A stretch of DNA of 32,000 nt, from positions 123,464 to 155,463 of the forward strand of contig JBKBHU010000007.1 in the NCBI GenBank assembly GCA_046299715.1. Direction: 5' to 3'. The notes below the pieces were generated by a model. The model made no database searches, had not been told where the DNA came from, and worked only from the letters and a program-made list of their open reading frames with translations. Of the stretch, positions 14,815 to 23,276 are shown one piece after another. The first letter of the stretch is position 1. Every line of letters begins with the position of its first letter. A program made the position numbers and the translations under genes. Origin of the DNA: Tepidisphaerales bacterium (lineage in GTDB: Bacteria; Planctomycetota; Phycisphaerae; Tepidisphaerales; Tepidisphaeraceae).

Positions 14815-16470
14815 ATGTCCGCCGCGGCTTCCCCCACCGGACCGGTCGTCACGCGATTCGCCCCTTCACCCACCGGCTACCTGCACGTCGGCGGGGCGCG
14901 CACGGCACTGTTCAACTGGCTGCTCGCCCGCGCGACCGGCGGCAAGTACTACCTTCGGATCGAAGACACCGACCTCGCCCGCTCTACGGAAGATGCCGTC
15001 CGCCAGCTCCTGGAGGACCTGACGTGGCTGGGGCTCATGTGGGACAACCCCGAGCTGATGTATCAGTCGCGCCGACTGCACGTGTACAACCGCATCATCG
15101 ACGAGCTGATGGCGCGGGGGCTGGCGTACGAAGCGTGGGAGACGCCGGAAGAACTGGAGGCCATGCGGCTGCAGGCGCAGAAAGCGCGGCGGCCGTTCAT
15201 CTACCGCCGCCGCAGCTACTCCGCCGACGAGCTGAGGCGGTTCCGTGACGAAGGGCGCAAGCCCGTCATCCGGTTCGTGATGCCGGTGAAGGAGTACCGC
15301 TTCCATGACGTGGTGCTCGGCAAGGACGTCGTGCAGCCGGCCGCCGAGAGCCAGGACTTTGTCATCCGCAAGGCCGACGGCATGCCGACGTACCACTTCG
15401 GGGTCGTCGTGGACGACGCGGAGATGGGCATCACGCACGTTCTTCGCGGCCTCGAGCACCTCAAGAACACGTTCAACCACATCGCGCTGCAGGAAGCGCT
15501 GGGCTACCCGCGACCCGTCTACGCGCACCTCTCGGTGATGCTCAACCCCGAAACCGGCGAGAAGCTCTCGAAGCGCGACCGCGACCGCCGCATCCGCCGC
15601 CGCACACAGGAAGTGCTCAGGTCCACGCGACGCAGCGTGGACGAGCTGGCAACGCAGGCCGGGCTCCCCGTCGATCGGCTCAAGCAGTGGCTGGAGGATG
15701 AAACGGTGCAGCTCGACCTCGCCGAGCAGCCCAAGGTCATGGCGGTGGTGGGCCTGAAGGAGAGCGACCTGCCGGAGATCATGATCCACGACTTCCGCCG
15801 AAACGGGTACACGCCGGAGGTGCTGCTGAACTTTCTTGCCCTGCAGGGCTGGTCGCCCGGCGGCGACCTGGAGCAGATGTCGGTGGACGAGCTGGTCCGC
15901 CGGTTCTCGCTCGACCGCATCAACCCGTCCAACCCCAAGTTCAACCGCGACAAGCTCAAGAGCTTCTCCACCGACGCCTTCGCTCGGATGTCGCCCGAGC
16001 AGCTGGTCCGGGCCCTGCGGGACTACCTGTCCGTCAACCCGGACAGCCCGCTCAACCGCGGCAGCGACGCCCAGCTCGCCGAAGTCCTGAAAATGAACGC
16101 AGGGTTCCACATCCTGCGCGAGGTGGATGAGAAGTCGCGGTTCCTGTTCCTCACCACGGACGAGCTGGCGTGGTCGCCCGACGCGGTGGACAAAGTCCTG
16201 CTGAAAAACGAGAAGCAGGGCCTTGCCGCACTGCGGGACGTACGGCCGCTGCTGGCCGACGCCCCCGAGTGGACCGCGACCTCGCTCGAGTCGCTGGTCA
16301 AGTCGTTCGCCGAGTCCCGCGGGCTGGGATTGGGCAAGGTGGCCCAGCCGATCCGGGTGGCCGTGTCCGGCACGAGCGTGTCTCCGCCGATCTTCGAATC
16401 GCTGGCGTTTCTCGGCCGCGACGAGACGCTCCGCCGCATCGACCGCTGCCTGGCGTTCTGTGGGGCCTGA
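14815..16470 (+). CDS. gltX: Glutamate--tRNA ligase
   Basis: ORF 14725..16470 trimmed to the ATG at 14815 (MSAAASPTGPVVTRFAPSPTGYLHVGGARTALFNW). Class I HIGH motif (HVGG) and KMSKS motif (KLSKR). NGYTPEVLLNFLALQGW block. Contains an Arg-rich insertion after KLSKR. Confidence 0.9.
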   Translation: MSAAASPTGPVVTRFAPSPTGYLHVGGARTALFNWLLARATGGKYYLRIEDTDLARSTEDAVRQLLEDLTWLGLMWDNPELMYQSRRLHVYNRIIDELMARGLAYEAWETPEELEAMRLQAQKARRPFIYRRRSYSADELRRFRDEGRKPVIRFVMPVKEYRFHDVVLGKDVVQPAAESQDFVIRKADGMPTYHFGVVVDDAEMGITHVLRGLEHLKNTFNHIALQEALGYPRPVYAHLSVMLNPETGEKLSKRDRDRRIRRRTQEVLRSTRRSVDELATQAGLPVDRLKQWLEDETVQLDLAEQPKVMAVVGLKESDLPEIMIHDFRRNGYTPEVLLNFLALQGWSPGGDLEQMSVDELVRRFSLDRINPSNPKFNRDKLKSFSTDAFARMSPEQLVRALRDYLSVNPDSPLNRGSDAQLAEVLKMNAGFHILREVDEKSRFLFLTTDELAWSPDAVDKVLLKNEKQGLAALRDVRPLLADAPEWTATSLESLVKSFAESRGLGLGKVAQPIRVAVSGTSVSPPIFESLAFLGRDETLRRIDRCLAFCGA

Positions 16471-16553
16471 CCCGCGTCCCGGAGGAAACGCCCATCTCGC
16501 CGCCGCGCGTCGTCCCGGCCGTCGCACAGCTCGTGTTGCCGGACCTTGGCGGC

Positions 16554-17708
16554 CTACTGGCCCGCGCCACCGCCCCCGCCCGCCGACATCGCCGAGAGCC
16601 GCTCGGACAGCTCCGTGATCACCGACCCCGATTCGCGGCGAAGCTGCATCCGCACCACGCCCTCCTCCCAGTCGATCTCAAGCACGGCGGTGTGCGGTTC
16701 GGTGACGTGCGAGCCACGGCGCAGCGCGTTGGGCTCGTTGCTTGGCTGACCGCTGCCCTGATTGAGGGCGCTGGAGGTGATGTCGTAAAGACGCCGTCCG
16801 CTGGGCAACGTCGCTCGGGAGATCTCGCCGCGGTGACGGTCGCCACTGAGCACCACCACCGCCCCGCCGCTGCCGTCCAGCAGCTCCAGCAGGCGCTGCT
16901 TCTCCCGCGGAAAGTTCCCCCACTTCTCGAAGTGGTGCTCATCGGCCAGCACCTGGATGCTGCTGGCCACCACCCGCAGCTCGGCCGGCACCTGAAGCTG
17001 CTGGGTCAGCCAGCTCCACTGCGCCTCGCCTAAGACCCGCGCCGAGGGGTCCTCATCGGGGGCGTACGGGCCGAACTCCGACCGCTGTGGCAGGCGTTTG
17101 AGCGGCGACCGCGACCACCGCGTGTCCAGCAGCAGAAACTGCACCCGCCGCCCCGGCGGCCCGAGCACCACCGCACCGTAGTTGCCGTCGGTGTGCCACC
17201 GCGGGCTGTCCCTGGGCTCGGCCCAGAAGGTCAGAAAATGCCGCCGGGCCAACTCCTTGGCCGGAAACTCTTCCCCGGCATCGTTGCGGCCGTAGTCGTG
17301 GTCGTCCCACACCGCCAGCACGGTGCTCCGCTCCCGCAGCTCCCGGAAGCCGGGGATGGCCAGCAGCCGGCCGTACTTGGCCCTGAAAACGGCCGGGTCT
17401 TCCGTGTCGCCGTAGATGTTGTCGCCGAGGAAGACGTACACGTCGGGCGGGTCGCTGGCGATCGTCCGCAGGATCGGCGCCGGGCGGTTCTCCCGCACGC
17501 ACGAGCCGAACCCGATCGTCCGCACCGGCTGTGTCGGCGGCCACGGCCGCACCGGCGGTCCCGCCAGCGGCTCGACCTGCTCGGGCCCCGACGACGGCTC
17601 CGACGACTGCATCCGCTCGCGCGCTTCCACGGGTCCACAGAGCACACACGCCCACACCACCAGACAACTCAGCCACCCGGCGGCACACCGACTCCGTCGT
17701 TTTCTCAT
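16554..17708 (-). CDS. PhoD-like metallophosphatase (alkaline phosphatase D family), secreted
   Basis: ORF trimmed to the ATG at 17708 (MRKRRSRCAAGWLSCLVVWACVLCGP, a signal-like N-terminus). Metallophosphatase blocks are FLGDNIYGD, WDDHDYG and LSGDRHRGE. Confidence 0.8.
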   Translation of the reverse strand: MRKRRSRCAAGWLSCLVVWACVLCGPVEARERMQSSEPSSGPEQVEPLAGPPVRPWPPTQPVRTIGFGSCVRENRPAPILRTIASDPPDVYVFLGDNIYGDTEDPAVFRAKYGRLLAIPGFRELRERSTVLAVWDDHDYGRNDAGEEFPAKELARRHFLTFWAEPRDSPRWHTDGNYGAVVLGPPGRRVQFLLLDTRWSRSPLKRLPQRSEFGPYAPDEDPSARVLGEAQWSWLTQQLQVPAELRVVASSIQVLADEHHFEKWGNFPREKQRLLELLDGSGGAVVVLSGDRHRGEISRATLPSGRRLYDITSSALNQGSGQPSNEPNALRRGSHVTEPHTAVLEIDWEEGVVRMQLRRESGSVITELSERLSAMSAGGGGGAGQ

Positions 17709-17782
17709 CGACCCGGTTATATCGCCGTTGCGCAAGCCTCGCGTGAGGGCACATCGGCCGGGCGGTACACTGCGAAACGTTC

Positions 17783-19336
17783 ATGTCCCAGACGGCGACG
17801 ACAACGCGCACCCTCGCACCGGTGCTCAGCGGTCTGGGTCTGCTCGGCGTGTTGTTGCTGGCCGCGAGCCTTCGCCTGCACGGCCTCACCGCCGCCCCGC
17901 TGTGGACGGACGAGCTGTTTTCGCTTCAGTCGTCGTGGGGCCGCGGCTTCTTTGTCGAAACGCTGCCCCGGGAAACCGTCCTCGACCCTGCTCCTGACCC
18001 CACCGCTCTCGCCGCCGCCGGCCCGATCCTCGACATCTACGCGACGCAACAGACCGATACCCACCCGCCACTCTATTTCATGGTGTTGCGGGTCTTTCGC
18101 AGCGTTGTCGGCGACAGCATCTGGGCCATTCGGCTGCCGTCGGTACTGGCCTCGCTGGCGGCGGTGGTGGCCGTCTACGTCGCGGTCGCCGTCGCCGCTG
18201 GACGGGCGGCCGGGCTTGCGGCGGCACTGCTCCTGGCGCTGGCGACACCGCAAGTGGTGTTCGCACAGGAAGCCCGGGGTTACATGCTGGCGTCGGCCTG
18301 CGTACTGGGCGCCGCGGCGGCGGTGCTGCGCGTGGAGCGTCTGGGGGTCTCTACGCCGCGTCTGGCGACCTTCGTGCTGCTGTCCGTGGCCGCCGTGGGC
18401 ACGCTGTACCTCGCCGCCCTGCCGCTTCTCGGGCTGGGTGCCTACGCCCTGCTTCACCTGCGTGGGGGGCGGCGGTGGGCTGTCCTGCTGGCTGGACTGG
18501 CTGCGGTGGCCGTCGCGACTGCCCTGCTTGGGCCGCTTCTGCGGGAGCAGCTCCGACACGTCGGCCACCGCAACGCCTGGCTCACCGCCGAGGCCCCGCG
18601 GACGCTGCCCGAGGTGGCGGCGGAGCTGGCACAGGCAGCGGTGCTGGGGGCCGTCGCCCCGGCGCCACCGCGGGCCGCGGCGGCGTCTATGGTCGCCGGT
18701 GCCGTGGCCGCGCTGCTCATGGCCGCCGCCTACCGCCGGGGCCCGGCCACCCGGCCGTGGACGTGGATGGTGCTCGCCGCCACGCTGCCGCTGGCCGCGT
18801 GGGACCTTTTCGGGGACCGCACACACCTTCAGCAGCCCCGATATCTCTTCCTGGCCGGCGGGCCGTTTCTCGGGTGGCTGGCGTGTCTGCCGACGGCACT
18901 GGGGCGACTGGCGTGGACCGTACCGCTGCTGGCCGGTGTCTTCGCGGCGGTCTCGCTGCCAGAGGCCTACCGCAGCACCAAGGAAGAGTGGAACCTCGTC
19001 CGGGATTACGCCGTCGCCGGACACGCCCGCCCGACCGACCTGTTCATCGTGGCGGCCCACGGCGGGCGCGACTGGGAGCACATCCTCTACCTCGGGTTGT
19101 CGCGATATCTGCGGGAGGCGTGGGGCCGGGAGACGCGGCTGGCCATCGCCCTGCACACGGACGCCGCCGCAGACCGCACACTGCTACGACGCGACGCCGA
19201 CCGACGGGGCGGTGTGGTGATCTTCACCGAGCCGGGCACCGCCATCGACGGGCTCGTCCCGCCCGAATGGCGCCGTACCGCGCTGCTCAACGTGCCCAGC
19301 GTCGGGATTCTCCAGACGTTCCGGCCCGCCGAGTGA
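17783..19336 (+). CDS. Polytopic membrane protein, probably a GT-C glycosyltransferase (family 39 / ArnT/PMT-like)
   Basis: About 10 or more hydrophobic helices, an acidic motif in the first loop (WTDELFS), and a soluble C-terminal domain. The assignment rests on architecture only. Confidence 0.55.
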   Translation: MSQTATTTRTLAPVLSGLGLLGVLLLAASLRLHGLTAAPLWTDELFSLQSSWGRGFFVETLPRETVLDPAPDPTALAAAGPILDIYATQQTDTHPPLYFMVLRVFRSVVGDSIWAIRLPSVLASLAAVVAVYVAVAVAAGRAAGLAAALLLALATPQVVFAQEARGYMLASACVLGAAAAVLRVERLGVSTPRLATFVLLSVAAVGTLYLAALPLLGLGAYALLHLRGGRRWAVLLAGLAAVAVATALLGPLLREQLRHVGHRNAWLTAEAPRTLPEVAAELAQAAVLGAVAPAPPRAAAASMVAGAVAALLMAAAYRRGPATRPWTWMVLAATLPLAAWDLFGDRTHLQQPRYLFLAGGPFLGWLACLPTALGRLAWTVPLLAGVFAAVSLPEAYRSTKEEWNLVRDYAVAGHARPTDLFIVAAHGGRDWEHILYLGLSRYLREAWGRETRLAIALHTDAAADRTLLRRDADRRGGVVIFTEPGTAIDGLVPPEWRRTALLNVPSVGILQTFRPAE

Positions 19337-19363
19337 CGCCCAACGCCGTGCGGTTGAAGCCCC

Positions 19364-19837
19364 CTACCGCCGACGTGCGGACGTGGCCCGGCGAATCTCC
19401 TTCTCCTGCTCTTTGCGGCGGATCTGGTCCCTTTTGTCGTGAGCTTGCCGGCCGCGTGCGACCGCGAGTTCGACCTTGGCCAAGCCGTTTTTGAAGTAGA
19501 TCCGCAGGGGTACCAGCGTCACGCCCTTTTCACGGCACTCCGATTCGAGCCGACGGATCTCCCGCTTGTGAGCCAGCAGGTAGCGGGCGCGTTTGGGTTC
19601 GTGGCTGACGCCGCCGGACTTGTCGTAGGGGTCGATGTGGCAGTTGAGCAGCACGAGACGACCGCGTTCGATCTTGGCGAACGCGTCAGTGAGCTGGGCC
19701 TTGCCCTGGCGAAGCGATTTGACCTCCGAGCCCAGCAGCGCGATGCCGCACTCGAGCGTGGCCAGCACCGCGTAGTCGTGCGTCGCCCGGCGGTTGACGA
19801 TCGTGGGCGTGTCGAGGTGCTCCGGGCGGCGGGCCAT
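19364..19837 (-). CDS. smpB: SsrA-binding protein
   Basis: 157 aa: IVNRRATHDYAVLATLECGIALLGSEVKSLRQGKAQLTDAFAKI...LLAHKREIRRL...GVTLVPLRIYFKNGLAKVELAVARGRQAHDKR. This is a full-length SmpB signature. Confidence 0.92.
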   Translation of the reverse strand: MARRPEHLDTPTIVNRRATHDYAVLATLECGIALLGSEVKSLRQGKAQLTDAFAKIERGRLVLLNCHIDPYDKSGGVSHEPKRARYLLAHKREIRRLESECREKGVTLVPLRIYFKNGLAKVELAVARGRQAHDKRDQIRRKEQEKEIRRATSARRR

Positions 19838-19890
19838 GCCCCGATTCTATCCGCAAGTGTTGTGGACAAACGGGTTTGGAGCCCTCTGCC

Positions 19891-19918
19891 TTGACTGAGC
19901 GGCTCTCGGGGCTATGCT
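19891..19918 (+). promoter_or_regulatory. Candidate sigma70-type promoter for tRNA-Leu (TTGACT-N16-TATGCT)
   Basis: The -35 TTGACT is at 19891..19896 and the -10-like TATGCT is at 19913..19918, about 45 nt upstream of the tRNA 5' end. This is a sequence match only. Confidence 0.3.
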
Positions 19919-19930
19919 TCCCTTGCCTCT

Positions 19931-19955
19931 TCGCCGGTGGCGTTCGCACCGGCGA
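19931..19955 (+). other. Perfect 9 bp stem / 7 nt loop hairpin in the tRNA-Leu leader
   Basis: tcgccggtg-gcgttcg-caccggcga. I checked all nine pairs by hand. It ends 7 nt before the tRNA. Confidence 0.6.
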
Positions 19956-19962
19956 CGTTCTC

Positions 19963-20044
19963 GCGGCCGTGGCGGAATTGGCAGACGCGCTAGATTCAGG
20001 TTCTAGTGAGGCAACTCGTGCTGGTTCGACTCCAGTCGGCCGCA
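19963..20044 (+). tRNA. tRNA-Leu (anticodon CAG), class II with a long variable arm; CCA not encoded
   Basis: Acceptor stem GCGGCCG/CGGCCGC with discriminator A. D arm GCGGAATTGGCAGACGC. Anticodon stem-loop CTAGA-TTCAGGT-TCTAG. T arm GCTGG-TTCGACT-CCAGT. The D and anticodon arms are close to E. coli tRNA-Leu(CAG). Confidence 0.9.
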
Positions 20045-20226
20045 GTCATCACGTTGTTTCGAGCTTGAAGTCGCCCGACGGGCAGTCGGCGGAGCGTGGA
20101 TGGGCTCCGCGGAGCGGCGCTCGGAGCTGCAGGGTCTTAAGTGGGGCGTGCAAGTGCTTGAGTGAGCTGTAACGTGGCCACTCTGCCGCCATCTGAAGAC
20201 GCCCTGCGTCACGGTAAGATTCCACC

Positions 20227-21105
20227 GTGATCGTCGACGTCCACACGCACGTCTGGCAGTCGCCCGAGCAGCTCGGCCGGGTCGATCTCGGTGAGCTGCA
20301 CCGCCCGCGGATCGTCCGCACCGTCCGCTCGACGCTCACCAAGCCCCCGCTGCGAACGGTGCCCTCGGCCGACGCCGACCACCACCTCGCCTCGACGGCC
20401 GGCGTGGACAAGTCGGTCGTGCTCGCCTTCAAGTCGCGATATCTGAAGGCGGAAATCCCCAACAGCTTCGTCGCCGACTACGTGGCCCGGCACCCGGAGA
20501 AGCTCATCGGCTTCGCCGGGGTGGACCCGACCGAGCGGCGGGCGGCCGACGAGCTGAGGCACGCTCGGGAGAAGCTCGGCCTGCGGGGGCTGGTGCTCTC
20601 GCCGGCCAACCAGGACTTCCACCCCGCCGACACGCGGGCTATGGCGGTGTACGAGGCGGCCGAGAGCCTCGGGATGCCGATTCTCGTGCACCCGGGCGGG
20701 CAGTTCACGCCGGAGTCGCGGCTGGAGTTCGCGCGGCCGTTCCTCTGGGATGAAGTCGCCCGCGAATTCCCCAAACTCCGCATCATCATCGCCCAGCTCG
20801 GTCACCCGTTCCTCGACGAAACGCTGTGCCTGCTGGCCAAACATCCGCAGGTGTACGCCGACGTCTCCGGGCTGCTGGCCAGGCCGTGGCAGACCTATCA
20901 GGCGCTGGTGGCCTGTCAGCAGAACTCCGTCATCGACAAGCTGCTGTTCGGGTCGGACTTCCCCTACGCCGTGGCTTCGGCGGCCATCGCCCAGCTCTAC
21001 CAGATCAACTTCTACGCACAGGGCACGAACCTGCCCGTGGTGCCCCGCGAATCGATCCGGGGCATCATCGAGCGGGAGACCCTCAAGTTGCTGGGCATCG
21101 AGTGA
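20227..21105 (+). CDS. Amidohydrolase-family metal-dependent hydrolase (TIM barrel, Amidohydro_2-like)
   Basis: GTG start. MIVDVHTHVW (the HxH metal motif at the N-terminus), ILVHPGG, IIIAQLGHPF and LLFGSDFPY (terminal Asp) blocks. Confidence 0.75.
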   Translation: MIVDVHTHVWQSPEQLGRVDLGELHRPRIVRTVRSTLTKPPLRTVPSADADHHLASTAGVDKSVVLAFKSRYLKAEIPNSFVADYVARHPEKLIGFAGVDPTERRAADELRHAREKLGLRGLVLSPANQDFHPADTRAMAVYEAAESLGMPILVHPGGQFTPESRLEFARPFLWDEVAREFPKLRIIIAQLGHPFLDETLCLLAKHPQVYADVSGLLARPWQTYQALVACQQNSVIDKLLFGSDFPYAVASAAIAQLYQINFYAQGTNLPVVPRESIRGIIERETLKLLGIE

Positions 21106-21248
21106 CGGGCCGCACGCGGGCCGGCTGTCTCGACGCGAGGTTCAGCACAGGGTCGCCGGCTCCAGCATGGCCGTGAGCTGCGGCGGCGTCGCGGTTTCCT
21201 GCGGCCGGTTTTGGTGAGAGGGCGTCCGAACCGGTATAACCGCAGCGG

Positions 21249-22025
21249 ATGAGTGGACCCTCAAGGACGTGCCCCGGCGACCTGCCCGGCGTGCGGGGCA
21301 TCTGGGCGGTCGTGGTGATCGCACTGGCGTCGGCGCTGGCGGGCTGCCGCGCGGCCACCCCGTCGGTGACGTTCACCTCGCTCGACCGCTCGCACACGCT
21401 CAAACAGCGGTTCAACGTCGCGGCCATGTCGCGGGACGCCTTCGGCGACTACGACCTGGTGCTCGTCTCGCAGGGCGATGTCGCGGGGTCGTCGTGGTGG
21501 CGGCGCACGGCGAAGACCCTCAACGACACCGTCAACCCCGTCTCGTGGTTCCGGCGCGAACCCGAAGCCGCCCCGTTGACCCCGACCGCGGACGCCCCGG
21601 TGCGGCAGGTACTCCACTTCAAAATCCACTGGCGGCCCCGTGCGGGCACGAGCCCGGAGAACCCTGCGGCCTCCAACGCGACCGTTCGCTGGCTCGTGGA
21701 AGGGCCACAGGACCCGGTGGACCCACAGCCCGACCTGCTCGAGTATCAGGGAACCGCATTCGTCCGCATCCGCTTCGGACGCGACGGCTACCGCCTGGCC
21801 TTCCGCGAAGGGCAACTGCGGGCGACCCGGGTGGACGGCGACATGATGGACGTGCTCGGACCCAACCGCTTCACCGGCTCGGCGACCGTCCGCGACGACC
21901 CGTTCACCGTCGGCCAGGTGCTCTCCGGGTTGCCCCCGCCCTCGGAGCTGCCCGCCCCCGCCGAAGCCCAACGCATCCGGCCCGCGACCCGGCCTGCCAC
22001 CGCACCCGCCGGCGGACGACGCTGA
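21249..22025 (+). CDS. Hypothetical lipoprotein
   Basis: Signal peptide with a lipobox (IWAVVVIALASALAG-C). Coding bias is present. I recognise no functional motif. The C-terminal tail is Pro/Ala-rich. Confidence 0.55.
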   Translation: MSGPSRTCPGDLPGVRGIWAVVVIALASALAGCRAATPSVTFTSLDRSHTLKQRFNVAAMSRDAFGDYDLVLVSQGDVAGSSWWRRTAKTLNDTVNPVSWFRREPEAAPLTPTADAPVRQVLHFKIHWRPRAGTSPENPAASNATVRWLVEGPQDPVDPQPDLLEYQGTAFVRIRFGRDGYRLAFREGQLRATRVDGDMMDVLGPNRFTGSATVRDDPFTVGQVLSGLPPPSELPAPAEAQRIRPATRPATAPAGGRR

Positions 22026-22103
22026 GCTGCACGTCGGCGTCTCCGGCCCGGATGCAAATCGACTCCATCCGACCCTTCCCCCACCACCCTTCTTCCCCCG
22101 ACC

Positions 22104-22571
22104 ATGGCCAAGCGTTCCCCGCAGCTTCACGCCTCCGTCTTGCCGCCCCAGCACCGCAACGGCTCGGCTACCGGTGCCGCGTGGGCGCTGCGTGCCGACG
22201 GAGGGCAGGTGCCGCCGTGTGTGCGGACGCTGCGGCTGATGGACGGCGAAACGGCCGTCGCCGAACTCACCTACGCGCTCGGCGAGCCGTCGCAGGGCAT
22301 CCAGCAGGTGTTGCACGTGCACGTGGCCGAGCCGTATCGCCGCCGCGGACTGGCGACGCGGCTCCTGCGGGAGGCCTTCGCCGACGCCCGCCAGCGGCTG
22401 AGCGAGCTGCCCGGTGCGCCGAAACTCCGCCGGGTGTTCGTGCTCACCGCGCACAAGAGCCACATCCCCCTGCGGGCGGTGCTCACCGAGCTGGGCTTTC
22501 ACCATTTTTCCACCATCGGCGGACTGTGGAAGGGCGAAGACCTGCTGGTGTACATCAAGAGCTACACCTAG
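22104..22571 (+). CDS. GNAT-family N-acetyltransferase
   Basis: Acetyl-CoA binding motif A-like HVAEPYRRRGLATRLLREAF, followed by LTELGFHHF. About 155 aa. Confidence 0.6.
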   Translation: MAKRSPQLHASVLPPQHRNGSATGAAWALRADGGQVPPCVRTLRLMDGETAVAELTYALGEPSQGIQQVLHVHVAEPYRRRGLATRLLREAFADARQRLSELPGAPKLRRVFVLTAHKSHIPLRAVLTELGFHHFSTIGGLWKGEDLLVYIKSYT

Positions 22572-22637
22572 CCGCCTTCACGCCGGCCGACCGTGAAGCG
22601 GCCGGTTGGCAAGGTCTTCCATCAAGGGGCGTGACGG

Positions 22638-23171
22638 ATGCGGGCATTTTTTTCGATTCCCGTTCCGGCCGAGGTGGGAGCGGCCCTGCTCGGGCTGGTG
22701 CCGCCCATCCGGGGCGTGCGACGCGGCCAGCCCGGCCAGCTTCATCTCACGCTGCATTTCCTCGCCGAGGCCCCCGACGACCTGGCCGACCGCGTGCGGC
22801 TCGAGGGCCTGCCGCCGGCGTTTCGGATCACGCCAGGCAGGCTGGTGCTGCTGCCGACGTCGGGGCCGGTGCGGGTGATCGCCGCCTCCGCCCGGGGCGA
22901 AGGGCTGGCGGCGACGCACGAGGTGGTGGGCCGGGGGCTGCTCGAACTGGGGCTGCCGGTGGAGTCGCGACCGTTCCTTCCGCACATCACGCTGGCGCGG
23001 TGTCAGCCCCCGCTGCCGCAGCAGGTGCGGCAGCAGACGCCCATGGCCCCGCGCAGCGACCTCTCGTTCCCCGTCACCGGTATCGAGCTGGTGGAATCGC
23101 GACTCGGCGAGGGCGAAGGCAGAAGCCCGCTTCACCGGCTGGTGCGCCGGTGGGACCTCCCCGGGGGGTGA
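22638..23171 (+). CDS. thpR: RNA 2',3'-cyclic phosphodiesterase (2H phosphoesterase, ThpR/LigT-like)
   Basis: Two HxT motifs (LHLTLHFL and PHITLAR) with the expected spacing. Starts MRAFFSIPVP. AAGGGG lies upstream of the ATG. Confidence 0.75.
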   Translation: MRAFFSIPVPAEVGAALLGLVPPIRGVRRGQPGQLHLTLHFLAEAPDDLADRVRLEGLPPAFRITPGRLVLLPTSGPVRVIAASARGEGLAATHEVVGRGLLELGLPVESRPFLPHITLARCQPPLPQQVRQQTPMAPRSDLSFPVTGIELVESRLGEGEGRSPLHRLVRRWDLPGG

Positions 23172-23276
23172 CACCCGGAGACCGGGTCTCAAACGAGCGG
23201 CTGCCGGCGGAGTCGCTCCGGGCGCACTCACTCCGGCCGGGCCGAACCGCTCGAAGGCGGGCCGGCCGAGCCGCCG

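Noticed and set aside
17193-19220. A 675 aa + strand ORF and a 479 aa minus-strand ORF (17717..19156) overlapping the phoD-like and GT39-like genes.
   Set aside because: These are off-frame or antisense shadows. The chosen frames show metallophosphatase motifs and a coherent multi-TM hydrophobic profile respectively.
19838-20226. A possible tmRNA (ssrA) or other ncRNA next to smpB, including the 182 bp lower-GC spacer after tRNA-Leu.
   Set aside because: I found no tRNA-Ala-like acceptor/T-arm pair, no tag-peptide reading frame ending in a typical ..ALAA stop context, and only short weak hairpins. The only structured RNA I can support is tRNA-Leu. A covariance-model scan would be decisive.
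22059-22067. A 9 nt match (TCGACTCCA) to the T-loop region of tRNA-Leu (20026..20034), which could mark an att-type direct repeat bounding a 2 kb islet (amidohydrolase plus lipoprotein).
   Set aside because: The match is too short, since a chance 9-mer match is plausible in 32 kb. It does not extend to the tRNA 3' end. There is no integrase or composition shift between the sites.
23173-23187. Hairpin ACCCGG-AGA-CCGGGT immediately after the thpR stop, as a terminator.
   Set aside because: It has only a 6 bp stem and a 3 nt loop with no U-tract (followed by ctcaaacg). That is insufficient to call an intrinsic terminator.
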